Assembly: GCA_039809905.1 (NCBI GenBank)
Contig: JBDHVY010000001.1
Location: forward strand, 930,001-962,000
Length of the DNA: 32,000 nucleotides
DNA from: Candidatus Babelota bacterium
Lineage (GTDB): Bacteria; Babelota; Babeliae; Babelales; Vermiphilaceae
Direction: 5' to 3'
Shown here: positions 1-9,689 of the stretch, in pieces
How positions within the stretch are numbered: the stretch's first letter is position 1
Layout of the letters: each line of letters opens with the position of its first letter
Position numbers and translations under genes: made by a program
Notes under the pieces: model-generated
What the model was told of the DNA's origin: nothing
Databases searched by the model: none
The model's input: only the letters and a program-made list of their open reading frames with translations

Positions 1-39
1 GATGAGATTTGAGAGCAGATTAAATTTTTAAGAATTAAA

Positions 40-66
40 AAAATCCCCAATGTTGTTGGGGATTTT
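40..66 (-). terminator. Rho-independent terminator downstream of gltX
   Basis: Perfect 11-bp inverted repeat AAAATCCCCAA/TTGGGGATTTT with TGTTG loop; on the minus strand it is followed by a T-run (TTTTTTTAATT). Confidence 0.8.
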
Positions 67-81
67 CTTAGTTCTTATTTC

Positions 82-1524
82 TTAATCAATCAATGCCACT
101 ATTTTGTCGGTTCTTCTCAATGCCTCTTGACCCCCAAGCATATCAATAAGTTCAGCAATTCCTGGCCCATTCGTTTTGCCTATCATGGCAAGTCTTAAGA
201 ACCAAAATAATTCCTTCAACGGAAGATTATTATTTTTTGCTGCTAATTTTATGGCAGGTGTAAATTCTGCTGCATTTGAGAGCAAAAGATTTTTATGTTC
301 ATCGATTATTTTTATTAATGTTTCATACGTACTTGTAGGAATAGATGCTTCAATGTTGGCGCGTGTTATATTTGGTGCAATAAAATAAAATTCAAGAGCT
401 GAAATAGCATCATGTGTTGTAGTTAGCTCGGATTTAATTGTTTGCAATAATGTTGTTAATGTTGCATCATCAATGGTTTTTACTGATTCGTACGCAGTTT
501 CAAGATAAGGACGACATTGAGCAGTAAGCTTATTGGGATCATAATTCATAATCCATTGTTTATTGACCCATTTTAATTTTTCAACATCGTACGTAATGCG
601 TCCGGATGAATGAAGATTATCAAAATTAAAAGCTTGTGCTAATACATCTAGTGGCATGATTTCATCTTTAAATGATGCCCCAATAATAGAAACGTAATTG
701 GCAACAGCTTCTGGTAAAAATCCTGCATCTTTTAAATCTCGTAGTGAAAATCCAAAATCACGTTTGGAAAGTTTTTTGCCTTCAAGGTTACATAAAATGG
801 GCAAATGCCAGTAGGTGGCAAGTGGTGCATTAACTGCATGGAAAAGAGCTGCTTGATTTGCAGTATTTGATAAATGATCTTCTCCGCGGAAAATATGAGT
901 GATCTTCATAAGTAGATCATCAACAAAGTTTGCAAAAATAAAGGTAAAGCTTCCATCTTGACGAGTAATGGCAAAATCAGAAAAATTACTCATGTCAAAA
1001 GTAATGTTTCCTCTGGCTAGGTCATGGATAGTTAAAGAAAGATTATGATCACATTTAAATCGCCAAATAAACGGAACTTTGTCTGCAAGCAAACGATCAA
1101 TTTCTGTCTGTGGTAATATCATACAGGTACGATCATAGCGTGGAGGTAGTTTTAAAGCTTGTTGACGCAACCGTTTTTTTTCTAAATCTTCTTCGGTGCA
1201 AAAACAACGATAAATAGTATTTTTTTGTATAAGCTCTTCAAGTTGCTTTTGATATAAGGAAGTACGTTCGGATTGGTAGTACGGTGCATATGGGCCGCCA
1301 ACATGAGGGCCTTCGTTATATGAAAGTTGTAACCATGCAAGGTCTTCTAAAATTTTTTGTGCGTTGGGATCAAACATGCGCTGAGCATCAGTATCTTCGA
1401 TTCGTAAAATAAAAATACCTTCTTTTTGTCGAGAAAAAAGATAATTGATGAGTGCTGCACGAACATTGCCTAAATGCATCATGCCAGTGGGGGATGGAGC
1501 AAAGCGCACACGAACTTTTTGCAT
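82..1524 (-). CDS. gltX: Glutamyl-tRNA synthetase
   Basis: VRFAPSPTGMMHLGNVRAALINYLFSR with HIGH-like motif, IEDTD, and KLSKRD signature. The ORF track starts at 1569, but ATG at 1524 is preceded by AAGGA at good spacing and gives the usual MQKVRVRFAPSPTG start. Confidence 0.96.
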   Translation of the reverse strand: MQKVRVRFAPSPTGMMHLGNVRAALINYLFSRQKEGIFILRIEDTDAQRMFDPNAQKILEDLAWLQLSYNEGPHVGGPYAPYYQSERTSLYQKQLEELIQKNTIYRCFCTEEDLEKKRLRQQALKLPPRYDRTCMILPQTEIDRLLADKVPFIWRFKCDHNLSLTIHDLARGNITFDMSNFSDFAITRQDGSFTFIFANFVDDLLMKITHIFRGEDHLSNTANQAALFHAVNAPLATYWHLPILCNLEGKKLSKRDFGFSLRDLKDAGFLPEAVANYVSIIGASFKDEIMPLDVLAQAFNFDNLHSSGRITYDVEKLKWVNKQWIMNYDPNKLTAQCRPYLETAYESVKTIDDATLTTLLQTIKSELTTTHDAISALEFYFIAPNITRANIEASIPTSTYETLIKIIDEHKNLLLSNAAEFTPAIKLAAKNNNLPLKELFWFLRLAMIGKTNGPGIAELIDMLGGQEALRRTDKIVALID

Positions 1525-1810
1525 TGTTTGATTCCTTATTGTATGACTATTTTCTTTAAGTTTACTCATCTATGGGTCAAAGTCCAGGGACGATGATTTT
1601 TGCTTCAATTTTTAATACCATTTCCTGTTTTTCTGCAAAGGGGCGCGCAATTTATCCCCAATCAATCTACGATACTCTTTAATCGAGATCACCCCATACA
1701 AGAGAACGAAGAATGGAGTCAAAATAGACATTGGGGGTTATAAAAGCTTTGACATATAGAGTGGTGATTTGTTATTTTTTCGAAAAGTTTTACTAAAAAA
1801 GGGTAAAGTA

Positions 1811-2089
1811 ATGAAGAAGTGTCTCAAAATAACGCTAACATCCAAAATGCCGGATGTAAAATTTCGCGATGCTATACAATCAACAGCGCGAAATCTTGAT
1901 TTAGAAGGAACAGTTCAATATCTTGAGCCTCATGAAATTGTGATTATAGCTTGTGGTTCAAAAAATAATATAGATGCTTTTCTTGATAATCTTCATGAAG
2001 GGTTTGGGGTTAATGTGCCAGAAGATGTTCAAGTTGAGCCTTTTCTCAAAGAAAAGGATTATCGCGGAATTTTTAGGGTTTTAGAATAA
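1811..2089 (+). CDS. Acylphosphatase-like small protein
   Basis: LKITLTSKMPDVKFRDAIQSTARNLDLEGTVQYLEPHEIVIIACGSKNNIDAFLDNLHEG resembles the acylphosphatase pattern. ORF track start is 1769; the internal ATG at 1811 fits domain length better. Confidence 0.6.
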   Translation: MKKCLKITLTSKMPDVKFRDAIQSTARNLDLEGTVQYLEPHEIVIIACGSKNNIDAFLDNLHEGFGVNVPEDVQVEPFLKEKDYRGIFRVLE

Positions 2090-2111
2090 AAAGAGGGCGC
2101 TCCGGCGCCCT
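2086..2111 (-). terminator. Hairpin terminator between convergent genes, stronger on minus strand
   Basis: AGGGCGC-TCCG-GCGCCCT stem-loop (2094-2111). Read on the minus strand it is followed by TCTTTTTATT; the plus-strand tail TTCATTATG is weak. Confidence 0.6.
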
Positions 2112-2141
2112 TCATTATGTACTATATTAGTCTGAAATATT

Positions 2142-3164
2142 TTATAACTTATTAAGTTCTTTCTTTACTGCTTGTTTTTCTTTACTGCCATTCCAATAAA
2201 GTTTGAATTGTTTTTCATATTCTTCTTTTGTTATTTTTCCTTTAACATAATAGTCTTTAAAGGCTTCCATTATTTTTGGAACATCTTCTTTATGCGGTAT
2301 TTCTAATTCATCGTTTAATTTTTTTATCCTTTTATTCATCCAATAAGACATATCCTTATATCCATTTGGCCAAATTGCACCAGTAAAAATAGTACCGTCT
2401 CTTTTTGTGCAAGATATTTCGGCATTTTCCATATTTGCTTCAGTAAAGTCTGCGTCTGTTAAATGAGCCTTAAACAAATTAGCATCTGATAGGTTAGCGC
2501 CTTTAAAGGATGTTCCTTTTAATTTAAGATGAGAAAAATCTATTCCACTCAGATCACGACCTGAAAGATCTAAATGATTGAGGTTAGAGTCAGCTTTGTA
2601 TCTGAGGCTTATGATGCGCTTTTCCATTTTTTCGAAACTGAGAGATGGAAATTTTCTGGACTGAGTAGAATCTTGGTTGATGTTTAAGCAAATGTTCTGG
2701 ACAATATTTAGCATTTCTTCTTTGAGTTGTTGCGACTTTAGATCAACAATTTCAGGCTGTTTAAGTTTTTTGTCATTGTACTCAAATGGAGTGTGCGCAA
2801 GTATGTTACAGCATGATTGAGATGCATTTATATCTTTGAGCATTATATTCTGCAATGACTCAATGGGATCGTTTTCATTTTGAACTTTGTACAGATATGA
2901 CTGAAAGTCATGAATGATCCAATATTTGCGAATAAAATAAGCCCAATTGATATCAGATTGTTCAAGTTCTAGCGAATGTTCAGGCATTTTTTTACGATCG
3001 CTCCTGTACCGTAAGAATGCAATCTTTTCATCGATAACTGTACTATATAATTCTTCAGTGAGGCGTTTGTATATAGTCTGAAGACGTTCATCTTTAAAAT
3101 TATCATCTTTTGCAGTCGCTTGACTAATAGGTAGCAATGAAAGTAATAGTATGAGTTTTTTCAT
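2142..3164 (-). CDS. Secreted pentapeptide-repeat protein
   Basis: Signal-peptide-like N-terminus MKKLILLLSLLPISQATA; pentapeptide tract LDLSGRDLSGIDFSHLKLKGTSFKGANLSDANLFKAHLTDADFTEANMENAEI. ATG at 3164 has an upstream GAAGG; ORF track start is 3179. Confidence 0.75.
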   Translation of the reverse strand: MKKLILLLSLLPISQATAKDDNFKDERLQTIYKRLTEELYSTVIDEKIAFLRYRSDRKKMPEHSLELEQSDINWAYFIRKYWIIHDFQSYLYKVQNENDPIESLQNIMLKDINASQSCCNILAHTPFEYNDKKLKQPEIVDLKSQQLKEEMLNIVQNICLNINQDSTQSRKFPSLSFEKMEKRIISLRYKADSNLNHLDLSGRDLSGIDFSHLKLKGTSFKGANLSDANLFKAHLTDADFTEANMENAEISCTKRDGTIFTGAIWPNGYKDMSYWMNKRIKKLNDELEIPHKEDVPKIMEAFKDYYVKGKITKEEYEKQFKLYWNGSKEKQAVKKELNKL

Positions 3165-3410
3165 AAAAATAGCCTTCATATTTATGATTTAAATATCTTA
3201 TAGTTTAGAATTCTGTTTTTAATTTAACACAAATAGAAATATTGTCAAGTAGTTATTCAATGCTTTAGCGCGCCAAAAAATAGTTAAATAATGCTAGAAA
3301 ATCCTATTTGATTATAAAATGAAACATGCGAGAAAAATAATTAAAAAATCATTTTCAATCTATACTGATAGATGTTGAAGATTATCAATTTATTCTCATG
3401 ATAGTGCATA

Positions 3411-6314
3411 ATGAATCAATTGCGATTGAAAAGACTTTATATATTTTTTATAACCATCGTTTTTTATTCTTTTTGTGGCGCAATGCAACAGCAGATGCAT
3501 AATGAGGATATTGTTGTATTTTGTAATAAAACAATTAACGCAGAAATAATAGAACATTATTTTTCTGCGCTTGTTGTTGTTGGTGCTCTATCATTTACAT
3601 CTGATGTTGTTTTTTACAAGCAAGAGTTTTTTCATCTGCTGGGATTTAAGGAAAAGGATGAGATTAATGCCCAACACATTATTGCTGCGTTACAGCGATT
3701 TGAAAAAAAGAATAAGTTTTTTCTGATAAAGATGAATATTTCTACTGGCGATGATGGTATAGGGTTGCATTTTGTTTTTGAAAGTGAATGGACATTTAAA
3801 AAAATTAAAATTCATAACGTATACCGTGGGAAGCATTTTTTTCAGCAATTATATCTGATGGAACGAGGCGATGTATTTGATGAATCAAAACATAATCATT
3901 CTATTGTCAAAATAAAAGAATTTCTGATCCATGGTGGCTATTTTAATGCCCAAGTGAATAGTAGCTTTGAGTATGATCATTATACAAAAGAAGTGATAGC
4001 GCATATTTCCATAAAAAAAGGAGCTTGTTTTGTATGCAATGTAATCGAAGTTAATGTTATTAATGAAGATACTATTAATGATGAATTGTATGAAGATGTA
4101 CGCAAAGCTTTGACTAAAAAACTTGCACATGCCCTTGTAATGCAAACATGTACAAAAGATTTGTTGAATGCTCAAACGCATATGCTCAAAGATTATTTAG
4201 CAAAAAAAGGTTTTTTGCATAGTGCAATTGAATGTACTCAAGATGTGGATTATGATCATGCGCTTGTACGAATACAATTCACTATCACCATACATCAAAA
4301 AAGAGAAATTGTTTTTTTTGGACATAGTTTTTTTTCTAAAAAAGAATTGCTCAATAAAATATTAGACTTTGGTCAATCAGTTTGGCTATTGCCGGCTTCA
4401 TTGCTTGCAGAAGAAATCATACGAGAATATAAAAGTAAAGGGTTTTTAAACGTAGAAGTTGCCGCAAAAGAAGAAAAAGATCGTTCATTTTTTATTATCA
4501 AAGAAGGTCCTCGTGCAATTATTAAAGCTGTTGAAATAAAAAATGGAACAATATCAGATGATAATGCCATAAAGCGTTGTTTTAAAAAACTGCTTAAACA
4601 TGGTTATTTTGATACTGCATTATACGATGAAGCAATAAGTAAGGTAACAAATCTGTATGTTGAAAAAGGTTTTCTTGTATTTACGGTTGTTGATTATGAA
4701 TGTATTGCCACAGAGGTTGAAAATGAATACATACTTACCATTTTTGTTGATGAAGGAATACAAAAATATATCACGCAGGTGAGTGTTGATGGATATCCAG
4801 AACTGATGGGCCAAGGACCATTTAAAAAAAATGACGTTGATAATAACAAAGATCTTTTTGAAATTAAGATTGTCGAAGAGCAGCGTGCCTGGTTAGTAAA
4901 ACATTTTCAATCGTTGGGATATTTGCATCCGCGCATTAAGCCTATAATAGAACAGCATGATGAAAATGTTTCTATACGGTGGACGGTTGAAACTGGTGAA
5001 AAGGTTCACTTTGGCAAAACGATTGTTCTTGGTAGTTCTTCTTTTCCATTTTCATACCTTGAACGGTTTCTTTTTTATCAAGAAGGAGATTTATGGAATC
5101 AAGATAATATAAAACGATCTTTTAGAGCTCTTAAAGATTTAGAAATTTTTGAAACGATTCATTTTTCGGCTGATCATAGTAGCGCAAGTGAAGATAAACC
5201 GATTTTATTAAAATTACATCTAGATGATCGTTATGAAATTCGTACACGTGCAGGTCTTGAACTGCAACATGTGCGTAAATATCAAACATTTTCTGGCGTA
5301 ACATATAAAATTGGTGGAACAGCTCTCATTAAAAATCCAACTAATAGCGGAGATCAATTACGCTTTGATTGTGATTTTGCACGTTCTCACCGAGAAATTG
5401 TTGGTAAATATCGCCGTCCGTGGTTCACTGATAATCCTTTTTTTACGACGATGCAAGTCTATAGCATTGTGTATGATCAACCTGGTTTTATCGGAAGCAC
5501 GAACGATATATATACCTTAATACAAAATGGGTTTCTTGTTGGTGTTCAAAAAAAAGCGCGATTTTTTGATGTTGGTTGGAACAATGGTTGTGAATGGATG
5601 AAATTGCACATTAAAGATGATGAAGAATTATTATCGTTTGCTCATGCTATTGATTTTAAACCACAGCTCATTGATAAAACGGTTCCCTTCTTTTTTACTG
5701 AACCAACCATTATGTTTGAACGTCTCAATGATGCCCTAAATCCTACGCAAGGTGGTGTTAGTTTGTTTTCATTGAAAATGATGCTTCCTTTAACTAAAAA
5801 ATATAAGGATTCATTTTTCTTTAAAATATTATGTGAACAATCGATCTTTATTCCACTTAAAAAGATAGTTACTGCATTGCGATTCAGGTGTGGGCATGTT
5901 TTTTATCGTGAATTTTCCGGAATTATGCCATCCGAACGTTTTTACTTGGGAGGATCTCATTCTTTGCGTGGATATGAAGCAGATCTTGCACCGCCACTCG
6001 GAGTGTTTGTGGATGATGATGGTAAAGAGCATGTGGTACCGCGCGGAGGAAAAACAATGCTCAATGCTAATATTGAATTGCGCTTTCCCGTGTGGAGAAA
6101 AATTGGTGGGGTGATTTTTCAAGATATTGGAGCGCTCAGTGGCACCATGTTTGCAGATTTTAAAGCACAAGATCTACTTGCTGCAACGGGATTTGGTGTG
6201 CGTGTTTTTACCCCGTTGGGGCCACTGCGTTTTGATATTGGGTGGCGTTGGCGCAAGCAGTTGGCAATAGAGCGATCTTTTGCGTGGTTTTTAACCTTTG
6301 GCCAAGCTTTTTGA
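3411..6314 (+). CDS. bamA: Omp85-family outer membrane protein (BamA/TamA type: POTRA domains plus C-terminal barrel)
   Basis: N-terminal signal; POTRA-like repeats (GYFNAQV, GFLHSAIE, GFLNVEV, GYFDTALY, GFLVFTV, GYLHPRI); barrel signature ERFYLGGSHSLRGYE and end PLGPLRFDIGWRWR...LTFGQAF. BamA versus TamA subtype not certain. Confidence 0.85.
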   Translation: MNQLRLKRLYIFFITIVFYSFCGAMQQQMHNEDIVVFCNKTINAEIIEHYFSALVVVGALSFTSDVVFYKQEFFHLLGFKEKDEINAQHIIAALQRFEKKNKFFLIKMNISTGDDGIGLHFVFESEWTFKKIKIHNVYRGKHFFQQLYLMERGDVFDESKHNHSIVKIKEFLIHGGYFNAQVNSSFEYDHYTKEVIAHISIKKGACFVCNVIEVNVINEDTINDELYEDVRKALTKKLAHALVMQTCTKDLLNAQTHMLKDYLAKKGFLHSAIECTQDVDYDHALVRIQFTITIHQKREIVFFGHSFFSKKELLNKILDFGQSVWLLPASLLAEEIIREYKSKGFLNVEVAAKEEKDRSFFIIKEGPRAIIKAVEIKNGTISDDNAIKRCFKKLLKHGYFDTALYDEAISKVTNLYVEKGFLVFTVVDYECIATEVENEYILTIFVDEGIQKYITQVSVDGYPELMGQGPFKKNDVDNNKDLFEIKIVEEQRAWLVKHFQSLGYLHPRIKPIIEQHDENVSIRWTVETGEKVHFGKTIVLGSSSFPFSYLERFLFYQEGDLWNQDNIKRSFRALKDLEIFETIHFSADHSSASEDKPILLKLHLDDRYEIRTRAGLELQHVRKYQTFSGVTYKIGGTALIKNPTNSGDQLRFDCDFARSHREIVGKYRRPWFTDNPFFTTMQVYSIVYDQPGFIGSTNDIYTLIQNGFLVGVQKKARFFDVGWNNGCEWMKLHIKDDEELLSFAHAIDFKPQLIDKTVPFFFTEPTIMFERLNDALNPTQGGVSLFSLKMMLPLTKKYKDSFFFKILCEQSIFIPLKKIVTALRFRCGHVFYREFSGIMPSERFYLGGSHSLRGYEADLAPPLGVFVDDDGKEHVVPRGGKTMLNANIELRFPVWRKIGGVIFQDIGALSGTMFADFKAQDLLAATGFGVRVFTPLGPLRFDIGWRWRKQLAIERSFAWFLTFGQAF

Positions 6315-6463
6315 CGCTTGGGCAGCTTGCCCTTGCCAGCTCGAAGAGCAAAATAGGGACATTCCATCGATTGGATGAATGTTGCGCAAATTTCTATTTG
6401 TGTTATAATTATTGTTGATAGATTAATAAATGATCTAAAAAAATTAGTGTTTTGGGGGTTATT

Positions 6464-7078
6464 ATGAAAAACATGTTATTGTTTTGCTCGTTATTTTCTG
6501 CTACGGCTGTGATGGCTTTTGATGTTAGGCCTTTTGACCAAAAAAGTCGTGCCTGGAGCCCTAATATGGCTCGTCTAGAAGTAGAACTTCAAGCAGCGGT
6601 TAAGGCACTAAAAATAAGTAAGTTAGCTTTGGAGAAAGCGGAACAGAATCTTTTGGAAACTGATAAGCATAACCTGTATGTATCTACGAAAGAAACATGG
6701 CATTTCTGCCTTGATCAGGATAAGGATGATTATTATCATAAAAATCCTTTATGCAAAGGAATCCGTGAATTGCAAGCGGTTGCGCTCAACAAATTGAAGG
6801 AACATTCATTGTATCAAAAGCAATACCTTCCATGCTTACAAGAGCATGATCGCAATGAACAGACTGTAGCAATGTTATCGCGAGCGCGAGAATTTGCAGC
6901 AGAGCGAGGCGAGCATCATGAATGGCAAAAAGAATCTATGCTCAATGCGCTTGATTCTAAGAAATTTGAGACTGATGAGTCACTATCTAAATTTTATTTG
7001 GGTACTTCATATGATTATGCTCAAGTATGGGAACAAGCACGTCAAGATGTGCGTAAGTTTATTGAAGGATTAGAATAA
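6464..7078 (+). CDS. Small exported helical protein, unknown function (paralog of 7843-8418)
   Basis: Signal peptide MKNMLLFCSLFSATAVMA; charged helical body. The listed start at 6452 is a TTG; ATG at 6464 follows GGGGG. Confidence 0.7.
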   Translation: MKNMLLFCSLFSATAVMAFDVRPFDQKSRAWSPNMARLEVELQAAVKALKISKLALEKAEQNLLETDKHNLYVSTKETWHFCLDQDKDDYYHKNPLCKGIRELQAVALNKLKEHSLYQKQYLPCLQEHDRNEQTVAMLSRAREFAAERGEHHEWQKESMLNALDSKKFETDESLSKFYLGTSYDYAQVWEQARQDVRKFIEGLE

Positions 7079-7105
7079 AGTTTTTTAAAAATCGGTAACA
7101 TTTTT

Positions 7106-7139
7106 AGCCAGGAGCTATATTTTAGCTTCTGGCTTTTTC
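7106..7139 (+). terminator. Rho-independent terminator
   Basis: AGCCAGGAGCTA/TAGCTTCTGGCT 12-bp stem (one G-T wobble) followed by TTTTT. Confidence 0.85.
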
Positions 7140-7166
7140 TCCGGATACTCATTAAAAAATATAGGA

Positions 7167-7808
7167 ATGCTGGTGAATGTTTTGAATAAAAAATACTTCT
7201 TATTAATGGCCTTATTTAATTCGTGTGTTGTGATTAATAGTTACGACGTAGATAGGTTTAATATAGACAGGGAACATCTAGAAAAACTCATGAAAGAATC
7301 AGAACAAAAACAAATAGAATTGTGGAAAAAGAAAGCGATAGCAACTCAAAAATATTTACAAGATAATCCTGAGGTTCTAAAGGATCTTCAAGAGGCATAT
7401 GCAAACTTAAAGAAGAAACCAGAATCGATAGCGCAGGATGCATTAAGAGATCAGCATGGATATAGAGATCGGGGAGATTGGAACAAAAAATTCCAACTAA
7501 TGAATGAACTAAGCAAAAAATGTGAAGAGAGCAGAAAACCATTATTTTTTAGATATATACCGAGGTCAATATTTTTTGGTGAACCAGATTGCAAAGAGCT
7601 TGATAGGTTGCGTGGTGAAGACCGCAAGTTTGTTGCTGAAAGTATACGTTTAGGCAATATCATTTCTGCTTCAGATGAAAAGACAGAAGTTGAAAAAATA
7701 GAAAAAAAAATAAGAGACGAAGTCCGTGGTGTATATGGTTATAACTATGAAAAATTAGATATTGCCGATATGGAAGCAGAATTAAAGAAGTTGCGGATTT
7801 ATGAATAA
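7167..7808 (+). CDS. Small exported coiled-coil-like protein, unknown function
   Basis: Hydrophobic N-terminus KYFLLMALFNSCVVINS then a long Lys/Glu-rich helical protein. Exact start uncertain (ATG 7167 or GTG 7173). Confidence 0.65.
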   Translation: MLVNVLNKKYFLLMALFNSCVVINSYDVDRFNIDREHLEKLMKESEQKQIELWKKKAIATQKYLQDNPEVLKDLQEAYANLKKKPESIAQDALRDQHGYRDRGDWNKKFQLMNELSKKCEESRKPLFFRYIPRSIFFGEPDCKELDRLRGEDRKFVAESIRLGNIISASDEKTEVEKIEKKIRDEVRGVYGYNYEKLDIADMEAELKKLRIYE

Positions 7809-7842
7809 GAAAATGGTATGTAAATAATTTTTATGGGCTACA

Positions 7843-8418
7843 ATGAAAAAAATAATAATTTTGAGCTTCTTTTTTATATCGAATCTATTTGCTGATAATG
7901 CAGTACATAAAGCTATTATGAGGCAAGAATTTGATAGAGTTAAAACTGAAGCTGCTCAGCAATATAATGAGCGAGCTCAACACAAAGCTGTATTGCTTAA
8001 AAGTGATCAAGCAAGAGAATACCTTGCCGCTCAAAAAGATTGGTTTGATAATAGCTGTGCTCATAATACATCTGTAACATGTCAGAATATCAGTCAAAAA
8101 TTACAAAAAGCGTTAGCTCTTTTACAAAAAACAGAAACATATAATCAGCATTATGCACCAGTGCTTAAAGCCTATTATGTTAATGAAAAGAAATATGAGA
8201 TTCTTGGATTAATGGTAAGCATTTCGGTGCAACCAGAACAACTGAATCCGGCAATTAATTCAATTAAAGATCAAATGCTTTATGCAATAGATAGCATGAA
8301 AATAGAAGATAATCCTGAATCATCAAAATTATGGCTCGAGTTTTCATGTGATCGTGGTGCATTGCATAAGCAAGCACAGCAAGAATTACGCGATTTTGTA
8401 GAGAACAACATAAAATAA
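7843..8418 (+). CDS. Small exported helical protein, unknown function (paralog of 6464-7078)
   Basis: Signal peptide MKKIIILSFFFISNLFA; C-terminus HKQAQQELRDFVENNIK matches WEQARQDVRKFIEGLE of the 6464-7078 product. Confidence 0.7.
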   Translation: MKKIIILSFFFISNLFADNAVHKAIMRQEFDRVKTEAAQQYNERAQHKAVLLKSDQAREYLAAQKDWFDNSCAHNTSVTCQNISQKLQKALALLQKTETYNQHYAPVLKAYYVNEKKYEILGLMVSISVQPEQLNPAINSIKDQMLYAIDSMKIEDNPESSKLWLEFSCDRGALHKQAQQELRDFVENNIK

Positions 8419-8433
8419 TTATAAGGACGATTG

Positions 8434-8796
8434 ATGAACAAAAGGATTATGCTCTTATTTTTATTTGCGTGCTCGTTGGCGAATTGCCAAAGACTTCCAT
8501 CATATGAGGATTATTTAAAAGCTAATGATCTAACGGACAAAAAATTTGCAACACCAAATGGGAAGAAAATTCTTGAATTAGATTGTAAGATAAAAGAAAC
8601 ATATGGTTTACTTGAGATAGAAAGTATACGGTGTCAAAAAGCAAATGACTGTGAGACTTCGACAGAATTGCTACGTATTTTTGGTGAGATGCTTAAGTTG
8701 AAAAATGAGCTTAAGCGAGTAGAAGAAGAGGTAGAGAAAGAACCAGCGACTCAAGAGCGCGATAAGCTCTATAAAGAGATACTAAATAAATTATAA
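8434..8796 (+). CDS. Small exported protein, possible lipoprotein, unknown function
   Basis: MNKRIMLLFLFACSLANCQ N-terminus; AAGGA 6 nt upstream of ATG 8434 (listed start 8431 is TTG). Confidence 0.6.
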   Translation: MNKRIMLLFLFACSLANCQRLPSYEDYLKANDLTDKKFATPNGKKILELDCKIKETYGLLEIESIRCQKANDCETSTELLRIFGEMLKLKNELKRVEEEVEKEPATQERDKLYKEILNKL

Positions 8797-8837
8797 AAAT
8801 TTGTTTCTATGCAAATATCGTAAATAATCTATATAAG

Positions 8838-8868
8838 AGCCAGGGGCTCATTTAGCCCCTGGCTTTTT
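8838..8868 (+). terminator. Rho-independent terminator closing the small exported protein cluster
   Basis: AGCCAGGGGCT/AGCCCCTGGCT perfect 11-bp stem followed by TTTTTCC. Confidence 0.88.
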
Positions 8869-8955
8869 CCTTTTCCTTTACCTAACGCTATTTTCTGGTA
8901 CATTATATATATTAGTGTTTTTTAATGAAATTAGTCTTAAAAATAGGGGTTTATC

Positions 8956-9660
8956 ATGCATGATGAACACTCACATAGTCACAATCATGGTCATATCCAT
9001 AGTGGCGAAAATACCATTGTTCATGAATTATTATGTCATTTGCCATACGCAATCTATTCAGTAGCATTCAGTTTAATTATTCTCAGTATTTACTCTGTTT
9101 TTTCTATTGGGCTTGATCCTGCTATCATCAAAAAAGGTAGCAAGGCATTGTTTCATAGCTTCCATTTTATGCATATTGTTTTTGCTGCAACAGGAACAGT
9201 CATAACTTTTTGCCGTTTTTCTAAAAATTATTTTAGAGCGTTGCTTGTTGGTATTATTTCGCCAACATTTTTTTGTATTCTTTCTGATGCAGTATTGCCC
9301 TATATCGGTGGTACTCTTTTGGGTGTAGATATGCATTGGCATCTGTGCTTCTTAAAAGAACCGCAACGTGTTATTCCATTTTTGGTTGTTGGAATAATTA
9401 ATGGTTTTGTCATGAGCATGCATCATGAAAGTAAACAAGGCGGATATTCGCTCAGCTCTCATGCTTCGCATATTACTATCAGCTCATTGGCATCCACATT
9501 TTATTTGATTTCCCATGGCTTTACCAACTGGTATGTATCTATTGGAAATGTTTTTATTCTTTTGATCATAGCTGTTGTTGTACCTTGTACTTTGGCAGAT
9601 GTTGTGGTACCAATGACAATGGCTCGATTGGGTAAAGAACCAGATTCCTGTTGTGGGTAA
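8956..9660 (+). CDS. Multi-pass membrane protein with His-rich N-terminus, unknown function
   Basis: MHDEHSHSHNHGHIHSGENTIVHELLCH followed by about six hydrophobic segments; ends 29 nt before potA. Confidence 0.65.
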   Translation: MHDEHSHSHNHGHIHSGENTIVHELLCHLPYAIYSVAFSLIILSIYSVFSIGLDPAIIKKGSKALFHSFHFMHIVFAATGTVITFCRFSKNYFRALLVGIISPTFFCILSDAVLPYIGGTLLGVDMHWHLCFLKEPQRVIPFLVVGIINGFVMSMHHESKQGGYSLSSHASHITISSLASTFYLISHGFTNWYVSIGNVFILLIIAVVVPCTLADVVVPMTMARLGKEPDSCCG

Positions 9661-9689
9661 TACACGATATAAAAAAGGCGGGCTGATGC

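Noticed and set aside
176-388. Plus-strand ORF opposite gltX
   Set aside because: Antisense to a conserved aminoacyl-tRNA synthetase; no supporting features.
1749-1777. TTGACA with 17-nt spacer and TTATTT as a promoter for the acylphosphatase-like gene
   Set aside because: Good -35 but weak -10 in an AT-rich background; not reported as a feature, though it would fit the 1811 start.
3885-6367. Several ORFs within or opposite the Omp85 gene
   Set aside because: The Omp85 reading frame is continuous with clear POTRA and barrel motifs; overlapping ORFs have no recognisable features.
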